DNA of 64,000 nt from an uncultured Candidatus Saccharibacteria bacterium (GTDB lineage Bacteria > Patescibacteriota > Minisyncoccia > UBA6257): the NCBI GenBank assembly GCA_964479005.1, contig CAYZJA010000001.1, positions 224,001 to 288,000 on the forward strand. Reading direction: 5' to 3'. A program made the translations under genes and the position numbers. Below, one piece after another: positions 29,809 to 39,682 of this stretch. The first letter of the stretch is position 1. Each line of letters opens with the position of its first letter. The notes under the pieces were generated by a model. That model ran no database searches and was not told where the DNA came from. It saw nothing but the letters and a program-made list of their open reading frames with translations.

Positions 29809-30776
29809 CTAATAATAATTTCTTGTTTTTCTACTCCAATACGTTTAATTTTTAAGTATTTAAGAGATAAAAGAATTTGAAGAAAAATCCAACTAACTGC
29901 AATTAAAATAATAGAGAATATAATATTAAAAAATCTTAAGAAACTTATCATAAATAAAAATACCAAAGCGCCAACTCCAATTTTTAATAAAGGAGAAAAA
30001 GTTTGCCAACGGGATTTTAATACTTCTATTATCAAAGACGACAATTTTTCCTTACCAGAGACAGGATATTTTAAAAATTCAGAAAGCTTTGATTTCGTTT
30101 GTTGTAAAAGAGGTTGATTAACTATTGAATTAAAAACTCCTAAATCTGGCGTTTGTTGTTCAATATATTTTCCTAAGATATCATCAATTGTTCCAGATAG
30201 CTGTAAATTAGAAAAAGGTTGTATAGCTCCTGCTTGAGAAAACATAGAATCCAAAGCTTTAGTTCCTTCTTGTTCTATTAATGTCGTATTTTTCTGAAAA
30301 TAAGCCAAACTAGATAAAGATATTACCAAAACTAAAAGAATATAAAAAGAACTTTTACCAACTATACGCATCCATTGAAGATTTATTAAGGAGTTATATT
30401 CAGTTTTTATTCTTATTCTTGATAATAAAAAGAGGACAAAAATACCTCCCCAAATAAGCCAGATAATTTTACCAAATTGATGGCTAAGAAATAATGGAAT
30501 GAATGCGCTTGCGCTAATAATTAAATTCCAAAACAGAAAATCTTTAATCGGAAGTATTAAAAAGAATATTGGAAGTATACCTAACCCCATAATCCAAAAA
30601 ACACAAAATCCAATTAAATTAGCGTTGCTAACCCCTTGTAATAATCCAATAAAAAAAAGAGACCCTAAAGCAAAACAAGCTACAATTAAAATACCTATGA
30701 TAGAATTTTTAAAGAAAATTGTTCTATCTTGATAAGCTAATTTGTAACTGTTTAAAAAATTAGGGTTCTTAGCCAT
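29805..30776 (-). CDS. Polytopic membrane protein inserted between dnaK and dnaJ
   Basis: Multiple TM helices are present, and the stop overlaps the dnaJ start by 4 nt. Confidence 0.5.
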   Translation of the reverse strand: MAKNPNFLNSYKLAYQDRTIFFKNSIIGILIVACFALGSLFFIGLLQGVSNANLIGFCVFWIMGLGILPIFFLILPIKDFLFWNLIISASAFIPLFLSHQFGKIIWLIWGGIFVLFLLSRIRIKTEYNSLINLQWMRIVGKSSFYILLVLVISLSSLAYFQKNTTLIEQEGTKALDSMFSQAGAIQPFSNLQLSGTIDDILGKYIEQQTPDLGVFNSIVNQPLLQQTKSKLSEFLKYPVSGKEKLSSLIIEVLKSRWQTFSPLLKIGVGALVFLFMISFLRFFNIIFSIILIAVSWIFLQILLSLKYLKIKRIGVEKQEIIIS

Positions 30777-30811
30777 TGAAATTAAAATTTTCTTGCTTCA
30801 ATCATACCATA

Positions 30812-32725
30812 TCATTGTTTCTCCTCAAAATCAGCATCTTTAGCATCTTTATCTTCCTTATCATCCTTGTCATTCTTATCTGTTTCTTTTTCTTCTGATT
30901 TAGTTTTTTCCTCTTCTTGCTTTTGTTGTTGGTAAAGATGAGTTCCTACTTCTTGTAATGATTGCGACAATTCTTCGGTTTTTGTCTTTATAACATCAAA
31001 GTCATCATTTTTCAGCACTTCTTTTAATTCTTTGGCTTTATCTTCTATTTTAGCTTTTAAATCTGCTGGAACTTTTTTACCTGCGTCTTTTAAGGTTTTT
31101 TCTGTAGTATAAACCAATGATTCTGCATTATTTCTTATTTCAATATTTCCCTTTTTCTTTTCATCTTCTTCTCTATGTAATTCTGCTTCTTTTTTTAGTT
31201 TTTCTACTTCTTCTTTTGACAAACCTGAAGATCCCTCAATGTGAATGGATTGCTCTTTTCCAGTAGCTTTATCTTTAGCAGTAACATTTAAAATACCATT
31301 AGCATCAATATCAAAAGTTACTTCAATTTGAGGAATACCGCGAGGAGCAGGAGGAATGCCATCTAATATAAATCGCCCAAGAGATTTGTTATCAGCAGAC
31401 ATTGGTCTTTCTCCTTGAAGCACGTGGATTTCTACTGATGTTTGATTTTCTGCTGCAGTGGAAAATATCTGGCTTTTAGCAACCGGAACAGTAGTATTTT
31501 TGGAAATTAAAACAGTATTCACTCCACCCAACGTTTCTATGCCCAAAGAAAGAGGAGTAACATCTAAAAGTAAAACGTCCTTCATTTCGCCACCTATAAT
31601 GCCGGCTTGAACAGCTGCCCCAATTGCAACTACTTCATCTGGATTAATTTCTTTATTTGGTTCTTTGTCAAATAATTTTTTCACTTCTTCTTGAATTTTA
31701 GGCATTCTTGTTTGCCCACCAACTAAAACTATCTCTTCTATATCAGAAACCTTCAGTTTACACTCTTTCATCGTTTTTTTAGTTAAATCAATTGATTTTT
31801 TAATATAATCATCAACTAATTCTTCTAATTTGGAACGGCTTAGACTATAAGAGAGGTGCTTTGGACCAGAAACGCCAGAAGTGATAAACGGCAAGTTAAT
31901 TTCCACTTGCATTGTTGAAGATAATTCTTTCTTTGCTTTTTCAGCCGCTTCTTTAATTCTTTGTAAAGCCAAAGGGTCTTTATGTAAATCTATATTTTCA
32001 TCACGTTTAAAACTTTCTATAACCCAATCCATTATTTTTTGGTCAAAATCATCTCCCCCTAAATGCGTATCTCCACCCGTTCCTTTAACTTCAATGGTCT
32101 CAGGAGTAACATCAAGAATAGAGATATCAAAAGTTCCTCCTCCAAAGTCATAAACAACTATCTGATGATCTTTCTTTTTATCCAAGCCATAAGCTAAAGC
32201 AGCTGCTGTTGGCTCATTTATTACTCTCTTTACATTAAAACCAGCTATTTCTCCAGCGTCCTTTGTCGCTTTTCTTTGGCTATCATCAAAATAAGCGGGA
32301 CATGTTATTACTGCGTCTGTAATTTTTTCTCCTAATTTTGCTTCAGCGTCTGTCTTTAATTTCTGTAAAATCATAGCTGAAATTTCCTGAGGTTTATACC
32401 AACGTTCGCCCATTTTTATTTCTACTCCGTTATTGGCACCTTCTTTAATTTCGTAGGAAAGAAGATCCTTGTCTTTTTGAACAATTGAATCAGAAAACTT
32501 CCTTCCAATTAATCTTTTAACAGAATAAACCGTATTTTGAGGATTTGTAATAGCTTGGCGGCGAGCCAATATCCCAGTTAATCTTTCACCTGTCTTAGAA
32601 AAAGCTGCTACTGATGGAGTAGTTCTTTCACCTTCAGCATTTTCAATAATTTTGGGTTGGCCACCTTCTATAGTAGCCATTGCTGAAAAAGTTGTTCCTA
32701 AGTCTATACCTAATACTTTTGCCAT
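30812..32725 (-). CDS. dnaK: Molecular chaperone DnaK (Hsp70)
   Basis: IDLGTTFS and DLGGGTFD motifs are present. Confidence 0.95.
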   Translation of the reverse strand: MAKVLGIDLGTTFSAMATIEGGQPKIIENAEGERTTPSVAAFSKTGERLTGILARRQAITNPQNTVYSVKRLIGRKFSDSIVQKDKDLLSYEIKEGANNGVEIKMGERWYKPQEISAMILQKLKTDAEAKLGEKITDAVITCPAYFDDSQRKATKDAGEIAGFNVKRVINEPTAAALAYGLDKKKDHQIVVYDFGGGTFDISILDVTPETIEVKGTGGDTHLGGDDFDQKIMDWVIESFKRDENIDLHKDPLALQRIKEAAEKAKKELSSTMQVEINLPFITSGVSGPKHLSYSLSRSKLEELVDDYIKKSIDLTKKTMKECKLKVSDIEEIVLVGGQTRMPKIQEEVKKLFDKEPNKEINPDEVVAIGAAVQAGIIGGEMKDVLLLDVTPLSLGIETLGGVNTVLISKNTTVPVAKSQIFSTAAENQTSVEIHVLQGERPMSADNKSLGRFILDGIPPAPRGIPQIEVTFDIDANGILNVTAKDKATGKEQSIHIEGSSGLSKEEVEKLKKEAELHREEDEKKKGNIEIRNNAESLVYTTEKTLKDAGKKVPADLKAKIEDKAKELKEVLKNDDFDVIKTKTEELSQSLQEVGTHLYQQQKQEEEKTKSEEKETDKNDKDDKEDKDAKDADFEEKQ

Positions 32726-32768
32726 AATATTTGTTTATTATTTATTATTAATTATTAATTGTTACTTA

Positions 32769-33263
32769 TTATTTATTCTTTGCCTTTGCCACTATCACCC
32801 GACAAGGGCGAATTACTTTACCATTAAGAATGTATCCTTTTTCTAAAATTTCTGTAATTGTATCAGGAGAAAATTTCTTATTTTCTGTTACTGCTACCAC
32901 TTCGTGAAAAGCTGGATTTAATGAATCGCCTAATTTAACTTTAATTTTCTCAATACCCTCCTTATCTAAAATATCCTCTAATTGACTTTTTATTAAATAA
33001 ATTCCTTTAAGATAATGTTCATTTTCTTTTTTATCTTTTTTTTGTTTTAAAAAACTTTCAATGGCTAAATCAAATCCATCCAAGACAGCAATTAATGATT
33101 TGATAATTCTCTCATTAGAGAACCTTACAATCTCTTTAAATCTTTCTTTTTCGTCTTTCTTATAATTAATAAAATTAGCTCTTTCTTTTTGCCATCCTTT
33201 TAAATACTCGCCTTTTTCTTTTTTTAATTTTTCAAATTCTTTTTGTTTTTTGTCATCAGTCAT
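32769..33263 (-). CDS. grpE: Nucleotide exchange factor GrpE
   Basis: The GrpE fold pattern is present, and the gene sits between hrcA and dnaK. Confidence 0.85.
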   Translation of the reverse strand: MTDDKKQKEFEKLKKEKGEYLKGWQKERANFINYKKDEKERFKEIVRFSNERIIKSLIAVLDGFDLAIESFLKQKKDKKENEHYLKGIYLIKSQLEDILDKEGIEKIKVKLGDSLNPAFHEVVAVTENKKFSPDTITEILEKGYILNGKVIRPCRVIVAKAKNK

Positions 33264-33274
33264 ATTTTTTAAAA

Positions 33275-34006
33275 TTATGATGTTAAATTAGTAATTGCCC
33301 TTAAAATAGCTATATTTCTTTTATAAGGCATCCTTTTAGGGCCTAATATTCCTAAAATCGCCCTTGGTCTGGAAACAACGCTAAGTAAAGAACTGAATTG
33401 ATCAGACCGCACAAAAGGATTCTCTTTCCCTATTAGGATAAGCGGATTTTCATCAATCTTTATGTTTTTTAACTTTTCATCCAATTTTTCCAAAGATTCG
33501 GCTATCTGTTGAAAAAATCTACAAGTTAATAATTCTTCTTCAAGCATTTCCGCAAACATATACTTAAACCCTTGTTTGATTATTTCATCTTCTTCAAATA
33601 AATAACAAAAACAAAACGAATGGCTCTCTTCTGATATCACATCTAATAATTTCTTTATTTCTTTTATAAAATCGATATGCTCTTTTGGCTTAGGTTTAAT
33701 TTTTAATACCTGACTCTTTAATTTTTCTTCCCATTCTTCTAAAGAATCGTTTTCGTCCTCAAAGACATTATCAATAAAAAATTTCCAGGCCTTGTCTGTT
33801 GGTATACGCCCGCTTGAAATATAAGGTTTATATAAATAACCTTCTTGAGTAAGTATTACAAAATCATTTCTAATTGTTGCTGAACTTACGCCGAGACGAT
33901 ATTTAGCATTCAAAATTTCAGAAGCAACAGGTTCACCAGTACGGGTATATTCTTTAATTAAAACTTTTAGAATATAACTGTTTCTATCTTTTAATTTTAT
34001 TACCAT
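33275..34006 (-). CDS. hrcA: Heat-inducible transcription repressor HrcA
   Basis: The N-terminal winged helix ILKVLIKEYTRTGEPVASEIL is present. The ORF-track start (TTG at 34039) overlaps the CIRCE site. The true start is probably the internal MVIKLK or the MSKIEN ATG at 34033. Confidence 0.8.
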   Translation of the reverse strand: MVIKLKDRNSYILKVLIKEYTRTGEPVASEILNAKYRLGVSSATIRNDFVILTQEGYLYKPYISSGRIPTDKAWKFFIDNVFEDENDSLEEWEEKLKSQVLKIKPKPKEHIDFIKEIKKLLDVISEESHSFCFCYLFEEDEIIKQGFKYMFAEMLEEELLTCRFFQQIAESLEKLDEKLKNIKIDENPLILIGKENPFVRSDQFSSLLSVVSRPRAILGILGPKRMPYKRNIAILRAITNLTS

Positions 34007-34032
34007 ATTATTTTCATTCTCTATTTTACTCA

Positions 34033-34059
34033 TTAGCAATCAAATGTCAAGAGTGCTAA
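34033..34059 (-). promoter_or_regulatory. CIRCE operator (HrcA binding site)
   Basis: The minus strand reads TTAGCACTC-TTGACATTT-GATTGCTAA, matching the CIRCE consensus at 17 of 18 positions. Confidence 0.8.
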
Positions 34060-34066
34060 GCGAGAT

Positions 34067-34134
34067 AAAGGTTCGGAATATTGTTTCAAAAACACGCTAA
34101 TCGCTATCGTTTTTTTCCACAACATTCCGAACCT
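34067..34134 (+). ncRNA. Conserved hairpin element, copy 2 (same family as 7289-7357, opposite orientation)
   Basis: The outer stem AAGGTTCGGAAT / ATTCCGAACCTT encloses the core ATTGTTTCAAAAACACGCTAATCGCTATCGTTTTTTTCCACAACAT. This is the reverse complement of the copy-1 core with 3 or 4 substitutions. Confidence 0.5.
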
Positions 34135-34153
34135 TCTTTTATATTTATTAAGA

Positions 34154-34353
34154 AGCAAGTATTTGTTCCTGAACGACATTAATGGAAGCAGAAGTACAAA
34201 CAAATGAAACGAACGAAAAGGAAAGCCGGAACGAGCGAAGCCACGTTAGAAGTAAACTTCTAACGTGGCGAAGCGGATTCCGGAAGGCTTCCAGAGTGAG
34301 TGAATATTGTTTGTCTCTGTTGGAATGTAGGAGTGAAGGAAAAATACTTGCTG
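34154..34353. repeat. F1 rod-like palindromic repeat element, copy B, immediately upstream of corA
   Basis: The termini and nested stems match copy A. The apex hairpin is extended to CCACGTTAGAAG-TAAA-CTTCTAACGTGG. The ORF-track start of corA (MEAEVQTNE...) lies inside this element. Confidence 0.6.
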
Positions 34354-34413
34354 AATTGTTGTCCCCTGTTTTTCCACGATTGAGTTTGCCTGACTTTATA
34401 CGTCATGATAAAA

Positions 34414-35348
34414 TGAAGCTGTTGAATAATTTAAAACATATGAGACAAATATTTAAAGGAAAAATTACTTGGGTAGATATTACCTGCCCTGTTCAAGAAG
34501 ACATTGAATATCTTCGCAAAAACTATCGTTTTCACCCTATTATCTTGGAGGAGCTTAAAACGCCTTCCCAGAGAAATAAAACCGAAGCGCACGATGGCTA
34601 TATTTTTTTAGTAACTCATTTCCCATGTTGGAACGCTGTTGAAAAAAAATCTTCCCCATGGGAACTGGATATTATATTAGATAAAAATACTCTTATTACG
34701 ATTTGTTATGAAAAAAGCACGACGATGCGTGAAGAACTTATGGAAAAAGTTTATACAAAAGATTTTGAGAATTTATATCTTAGCGACACTATAAAACTTC
34801 TTTATTTTATTATTGAATATTTTTTGGATTTTGCCATACGGCAAATTTATCACATTCAGAAAAAGATTAATGATGTGGAAAAAGACATATTCCAAGGAAA
34901 AGCAGAAGACGCAATTCCTAATATCTCCTTCGTAAAAAGAGATGTTCTGAATTTTCAAAGAATATTTAGGTATTTAAAAGAAACTCTATGTTCTTTATCC
35001 AGGCAAGGACCACGAATTTTTGGAGAAAATAAACGTATTTATTTTGACGATTTAGTCGGTGATAGCACTAAAGTAGAAAATCTTATTGATAATTTCAAGG
35101 ACACTATAGAATCATTGGAAAATACAAATAATTCCTTGATGGAACATAAAATCAATCTCTTAACCAGAATTTATACAATTCTTTCTCTTGTAACCTGGCC
35201 TACTATATTAGTCACTAGTATTTATCAAATGAATACTAGTTATTTACCTTTTACGGGTTATCCTTATGATTTTTGGCTTATCCTATTAATTGCTTTTATA
35301 CCATCAATATTAATCTTTTCTTACCTTAAAAAAAGAAAGTTTCTATAA
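34414..35348 (+). CDS. corA: CorA-family divalent cation transporter with a QMN motif in place of GMN
   Basis: The C-terminal two-TM region reads TILVTSIYQMNTSYLPF, at the position of the canonical YGMNF. The true start is probably MKLLNNL. The upstream 232 nt of the annotated ORF is the F1 repeat. Confidence 0.75.
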
Positions 35349-35402
35349 GAACCTGCCTTGTTTCACTCGGCAGAACCTTGTTTTTCACTACACTCAAAAT
35401 AA

Positions 35403-36866
35403 ATGATTTATTTTTACAATACCCTCACTAAAAAGAAGCAGGTTTTTAAACCAATAAAAAATAAGCAAGTTGGGCTTTATACTTGCGGTCCCACTGTTTA
35501 TTCAACAGCGCATATTGGGAATTTAAGAACATACATCTTTGGGGATATTTTAAAAAGAGTTTTATTGTATCAAGGGTACAAAGTTAAACACGTAATGAAC
35601 ATTACTGATGTCGGACATTTAACTTCTGACGCTGATACAGGTGAAGACAAAATAGAAAAAGCGGCAAAAAAAACAAAAAAATCCGCTTTTGAAATAGCCG
35701 AATTTTATACTAAATCTTTCTTTGTTGATTGTAAAAAATTAAACATTCTCACTCCAGATATAATAGCCAAGGCAACAGATCATATTAAAGAAGACATTGA
35801 GCTCATTAAATCTTTAGAAAAAAATAACTTCACTTATCAAACTAGTGACGGAATCTATTTTGATACTTCTAAATTGAAAGATTATGGAAAGTTAACCGGA
35901 ATGAATTTTAAAAAACTTAATAAAACATTAAAGGCTGGCGCAAGAATAGAATTATCTCCAGAGAAAAAGAATATTACTGATTTTTCCCTTTGGAAATTCT
36001 CTCCTAAAAATTCCAAAAGACAAATGGAATGGGAATCACCTTGGGGACGTGGTTTTCCAGGATGGCATATTGAATGCTCTGTCATTAATTTAAAATATTT
36101 AGGCAAAGCTTTTAAAGGAAAAAAACTTTTTCCAAAAAAAGCACAAACAATTGATATACATACTGGAGGAACAGATTTAATACCAATTCATCATACAAAT
36201 GAAATAGCCCAAGTAGAGGCTGTAACAAATAAAAAATTTGTAAATTTCTGGCTTCATGGAGAATTCCTTGTTTTAAAAGACGCACGAATGGGAAAATCTG
36301 AAAGTAATGCAATTTTAATTAAAAACATTGAAGAATCCGTTTTTTCTCCCCTAGCATTTCGTTATTTAGCTCTAAATAGCCATTACAGAACATTATTGGA
36401 ATTTTCTCAAAAAGCATTGGAAAATGCCCAAGAAAGTCTGAATAATATTCATAATTTTATTCTAGATTGCTTAATTGATAAGAAAAGAATTCAAAAAAAG
36501 AAAACGCCAACTTTTTCATTAAATCAAATCAAAAAAGAATTTGAAAAATCAATTAATGACGATCTTAATACTCCAAGGGCTTTGGCTGCTTTCTGGAAAC
36601 TAATAAAAGATTATTATCAAATTAGAAGCAATCCAAAAGAAATCTACCAAATAGCCCTGAGTTTTGATAAAGTATTAGGGTTAGGATTAGATAAAATCAA
36701 ACTCGTTATTCCGCCAAAAAAGATAAAAGAATTAGCAAAAAAAAGGGAACAATTAAGAGAAATGAGAAAATGGGCAGAAGCCGATAAAATAAGAAAAATT
36801 ATAGAAAAAGCTGGATTTTTGCTAGAAGACACAAAAAAAGGTACAATTATAAAACCAAAACTTTAA
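35403..36866 (+). CDS. cysS: Cysteine--tRNA ligase
   Basis: [12 protein letters not shown] and RMGKS motifs are present. Confidence 0.9.
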   Translation: MIYFYNTLTKKKQVFKPIKNKQVGLYTCGPTVYSTAHIGNLRTYIFGDILKRVLLYQGYKVKHVMNITDVGHLTSDADTGEDKIEKAAKKTKKSAFEIAEFYTKSFFVDCKKLNILTPDIIAKATDHIKEDIELIKSLEKNNFTYQTSDGIYFDTSKLKDYGKLTGMNFKKLNKTLKAGARIELSPEKKNITDFSLWKFSPKNSKRQMEWESPWGRGFPGWHIECSVINLKYLGKAFKGKKLFPKKAQTIDIHTGGTDLIPIHHTNEIAQVEAVTNKKFVNFWLHGEFLVLKDARMGKSESNAILIKNIEESVFSPLAFRYLALNSHYRTLLEFSQKALENAQESLNNIHNFILDCLIDKKRIQKKKTPTFSLNQIKKEFEKSINDDLNTPRALAAFWKLIKDYYQIRSNPKEIYQIALSFDKVLGLGLDKIKLVIPPKKIKELAKKREQLREMRKWAEADKIRKIIEKAGFLLEDTKKGTIIKPKL

Positions 36867-36876
36867 TATCTAATAT

Positions 36877-38253
36877 ATGGCCGAGAAAAATATTACTGAA
36901 GGAAAACTTCCACCTCAAAATATAGAGGCAGAAGAATCAACATTAGGATCTCTTATGATAGATAAGGACGCGATTGTTAAAATTGCTGATGTTTTATTCC
37001 CTGAAGACTTTTATCAACCCCAACATCGCATTATCTATAAAGCCATTTTAAACTTATACCAACAAAATGCCCCAATTGATGTTCTTTCATTGTCTAATCG
37101 CCTAAAAGAAAAAAAACAATTGGGTGAAATAGGAGGAGCAAGTTTTTTAACGTCTTTGGTCAATAAAACGCCTACAAGCGCCCATGTGGTTCATTATGCA
37201 AATATTGTTCACGAAAAAAGAGTATTGCGTGATTTAATCGCCGCTTCTTATAAAATTGCTGAGTTAGGATGGCAAGAATCAGAAAATATAAATGAGGTTT
37301 TAGACAACGCAGAACAAATCATTTTCTCTATTTCTGAAAAATCTATAGCGCATGAATTTGTGGCTTTAAAAGGAGAACTGGTTAAAGCTTTTGAGAGAAT
37401 AGACCAATTGCATAAAGGTGGTGATAAATTACGGGGAATAGCTACAGGATTTCATGATTTAGATCATTATCTTGGAGGTTTACAAAAATCTGATTTAATT
37501 ATTTTGGGAGGAAGACCTTCTTTAGGAAAAACATCTCTCGCTTTAGATATTGCGCGTCATGTAGCTTTAAAAGAAAAAGTTCCCGTAGGAATATTCAGTA
37601 TAGAAATGTCAAAAGATCAAGTAGTTGACAGATTAATAGCAGCTGAATCTACAGTTGGTTTATGGAAAATAAGGACGGGGCGCCTTTCTACTGATGAAGA
37701 TATTAATGATTTTACCCTTATTCAGGATTCTTTATCTCGCTTGTCCGAAGCCCCAATATTTATTGATGACGCTGCTTCACCCACAGTAATGCAAATTCGA
37801 ACAATGGCGCGTCGACTACAGGCAGAAACAAATTTAGGATTAATCATTGTGGACTATATCCAACTAATTAGCCCTTCACTTTCTCGTGAAAGCACCGTCC
37901 AGCAATATTCTGAAATTTCGCGTTCCTTAAAAGCTTTATCAAGGGAATTAAAAATACCTGTATTAGCCATTTCACAGCTTAATCGTGCTGTTGAAGCAAG
38001 GCCATTATGTATTCCCAAACTCTCTGACTTAAGGGAAACTGGTAGTTTAGAACAAGATGCTGATGTAGTCCTTTTTGTCTACCGTGAAGACCGTTATAAA
38101 GAAGATTCTGAGAATAAAAATATTGCTAAAATTATAATTGCAAAACATCGTAATGGTCCTTTAGGTCATGCAAATCTGTTCTTTAATGAACAATTGGCAA
38201 GTTTCCGCAACCTGGAAAAAGATGAAAAGTTTCCTGGCCTAGAAGGAGAATAA
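36877..38253 (+). CDS. dnaB: Replicative DNA helicase DnaB
   Basis: The N-terminal PPQNIEAEESTLGSL, Walker A GGRPSLGKTS and a RecA-like C-terminal domain are present. Confidence 0.9.
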   Translation: MAEKNITEGKLPPQNIEAEESTLGSLMIDKDAIVKIADVLFPEDFYQPQHRIIYKAILNLYQQNAPIDVLSLSNRLKEKKQLGEIGGASFLTSLVNKTPTSAHVVHYANIVHEKRVLRDLIAASYKIAELGWQESENINEVLDNAEQIIFSISEKSIAHEFVALKGELVKAFERIDQLHKGGDKLRGIATGFHDLDHYLGGLQKSDLIILGGRPSLGKTSLALDIARHVALKEKVPVGIFSIEMSKDQVVDRLIAAESTVGLWKIRTGRLSTDEDINDFTLIQDSLSRLSEAPIFIDDAASPTVMQIRTMARRLQAETNLGLIIVDYIQLISPSLSRESTVQQYSEISRSLKALSRELKIPVLAISQLNRAVEARPLCIPKLSDLRETGSLEQDADVVLFVYREDRYKEDSENKNIAKIIIAKHRNGPLGHANLFFNEQLASFRNLEKDEKFPGLEGE

Positions 38254-38258
38254 CAAAA

Positions 38259-38897
38259 ATGGATTTACCAAAACCAATAAAAGATTTTGTAAATATATTT
38301 TCAAAACTCCCGGGCATGGGACCACGCCAGACTGCGCGTTTGGCTTTTTGGTTATTGCATCAAAAAAAAGAATCGCAAAATAATTTTTATCATGCATTTA
38401 TTGATTTATTTTCTAAAACGCAGGTATGCCCAAATTGTTTTTTCATCACAGAAATAGAACAAGGAAAAAAATCTTTAAGTAATAAATTATGTAAAATTTG
38501 TAATAATCCACGAAGAGACAAATCAGTTATATGTGTTGTGGAGAAAGAAACTGATCTTTTGTCTATAGAAAAAACAAACAAATATCATGGCCTTTATCAC
38601 GTCTTGGGAAGATTGTTATCAGAAATTGATGAAAATAAAAAACTGAGGATAACTATTCCTCAGCTTTTACTTCGTATTAAAAACGCTCAATCCTCGAATA
38701 ATCCAGTAAAAGAAATAATCCTAGCCCTCAGCCCCACATCAGAAGGTAATTTAACCACCTACTCTTTGGAAAAATCTATTAAAGATTTGGATGACAAAAT
38801 TAAAATAACAAGATTGGCTCGCGGACTTCCACAGGGAGGGGAAGTGGAATTTGCCGATGCAGAAACTTTAATAAATGCTTTGGAAGGAAGAAAATAA
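38259..38897 (+). CDS. recR: Recombination protein RecR
   Basis: An LPGMGPRQTARLAFWLL HhH motif, a C4 zinc finger CPNC...CKIC and a Toprim domain are present. Confidence 0.85.
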   Translation: MDLPKPIKDFVNIFSKLPGMGPRQTARLAFWLLHQKKESQNNFYHAFIDLFSKTQVCPNCFFITEIEQGKKSLSNKLCKICNNPRRDKSVICVVEKETDLLSIEKTNKYHGLYHVLGRLLSEIDENKKLRITIPQLLLRIKNAQSSNNPVKEIILALSPTSEGNLTTYSLEKSIKDLDDKIKITRLARGLPQGGEVEFADAETLINALEGRK

Positions 38898-38899
38898 AA

Positions 38900-39214
38900 C
38901 TATTTAGTTTTTTTAATCAATACTTTCATAAAGGGCTGTCTATGTCCTTTTTTCTTTTTGTAGCGGGTTTTATGGCGATAGCGGAAAACAATAATCTTTT
39001 TAGACCTTCCTGATTCTTCACATTTTGCAATAATTTTTGTGCCTGAAATATAGGGCTGACCTATTTTTACATTGCCTTTATCATCAATCATAAGAAGAAC
39101 TTTATCAAAAATTATTTCATCTCCTTCTTTTACGTCTTTTATTTTTTCTATTTTAATTTTTTGTTTCGGAGAAATTAAATATTGTTTTCCTCCTGTCTCA
39201 ATAACTGCCAACAT
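38900..39214 (-). CDS. rplU: 50S ribosomal protein L21
   Basis: MLAVIETGGKQY...KKGHRQ matches bL21. Confidence 0.9.
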   Translation of the reverse strand: MLAVIETGGKQYLISPKQKIKIEKIKDVKEGDEIIFDKVLLMIDDKGNVKIGQPYISGTKIIAKCEESGRSKKIIVFRYRHKTRYKKKKGHRQPFMKVLIKKTK

Positions 39215-39233
39215 AATAATATGATTTTAGATT

Positions 39234-39563
39234 TTATCGGTTTAAAAAATAAATTTGCGCGCTAATTAAAAATACTAGAACAGCAACTCCTATATTAGCA
39301 AAAAAAAGTAATTTACTCAAGTTTTTATGAGAACTTTGGAATAGTTGTGAAAGCCAATAATTTATATAAACAAAAATGATACCCAAAACCGGAATTTGCC
39401 AAAGCAGATTTCTATTACCTAAAAAATTAATGCCAAAATCATTAGAACGAAAAATTACTGGAAAATTAGGTCCGGTTTTCCTATAGACCAGCCAATTTAA
39501 AAAGATTGATATAATAAAGCCCGTACCCAATAATAGCCAACTTTTTTGCGATATCTTTTTCAT
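39234..39563 (-). CDS. Small membrane protein
   Basis: The likely start is MKKISQ. The ORF-track N-terminal extension overlaps tRNA-Glu and is rejected. Confidence 0.45.
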   Translation of the reverse strand: MKKISQKSWLLLGTGFIISIFLNWLVYRKTGPNFPVIFRSNDFGINFLGNRNLLWQIPVLGIIFVYINYWLSQLFQSSHKNLSKLLFFANIGVAVLVFLISAQIYFLNR

Positions 39564-39566
39564 ATG

Positions 39567-39641
39567 TGCCGTCACCGGGATTTGAACCCGGGTTACATGG
39601 ATGAGAACCATGCGTCCTAAGCCGAACTAGACGATGACGGC
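39567..39641 (-). tRNA. tRNA-Glu (anticodon CTC), CCA not encoded
   Basis: The minus strand reads GCCGTCATCGTCTAGTTCGGCTTAGGACGCATGGTTCTCATCCATGTAACCCGGGTTCAAATCCCGGTGACGGCA. The acceptor, anticodon stem CATGG/CCATG and T-arm CCGGG-TTCAAAT-CCCGG all pair. Confidence 0.8.
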
Positions 39642-39682
39642 AAGTAGAAAAAATATAACATAAAGCCAAATTTTGGGCAAAT

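Noticed and set aside
34154-34353. M-box (Mg riboswitch) interpretation of the element upstream of corA
   Set aside because: None of the M-box conserved segments I can recall is present. A near-identical copy occurs where there is no downstream transporter. The rod-like full palindrome is unlike the three-helix M-box fold.
34182-34413. N-terminal 77 residues of the annotated corA ORF
   Set aside because: They are translated from F1 copy B. The CorA fold starts at MKLLNNL.
39481-39669. 62-aa minus-strand ORF and the N-terminal extension of 39234..39611
   Set aside because: Both overlap the tRNA-Glu(CTC) gene. The HVTRVQIPV segment is a translation of the tRNA.
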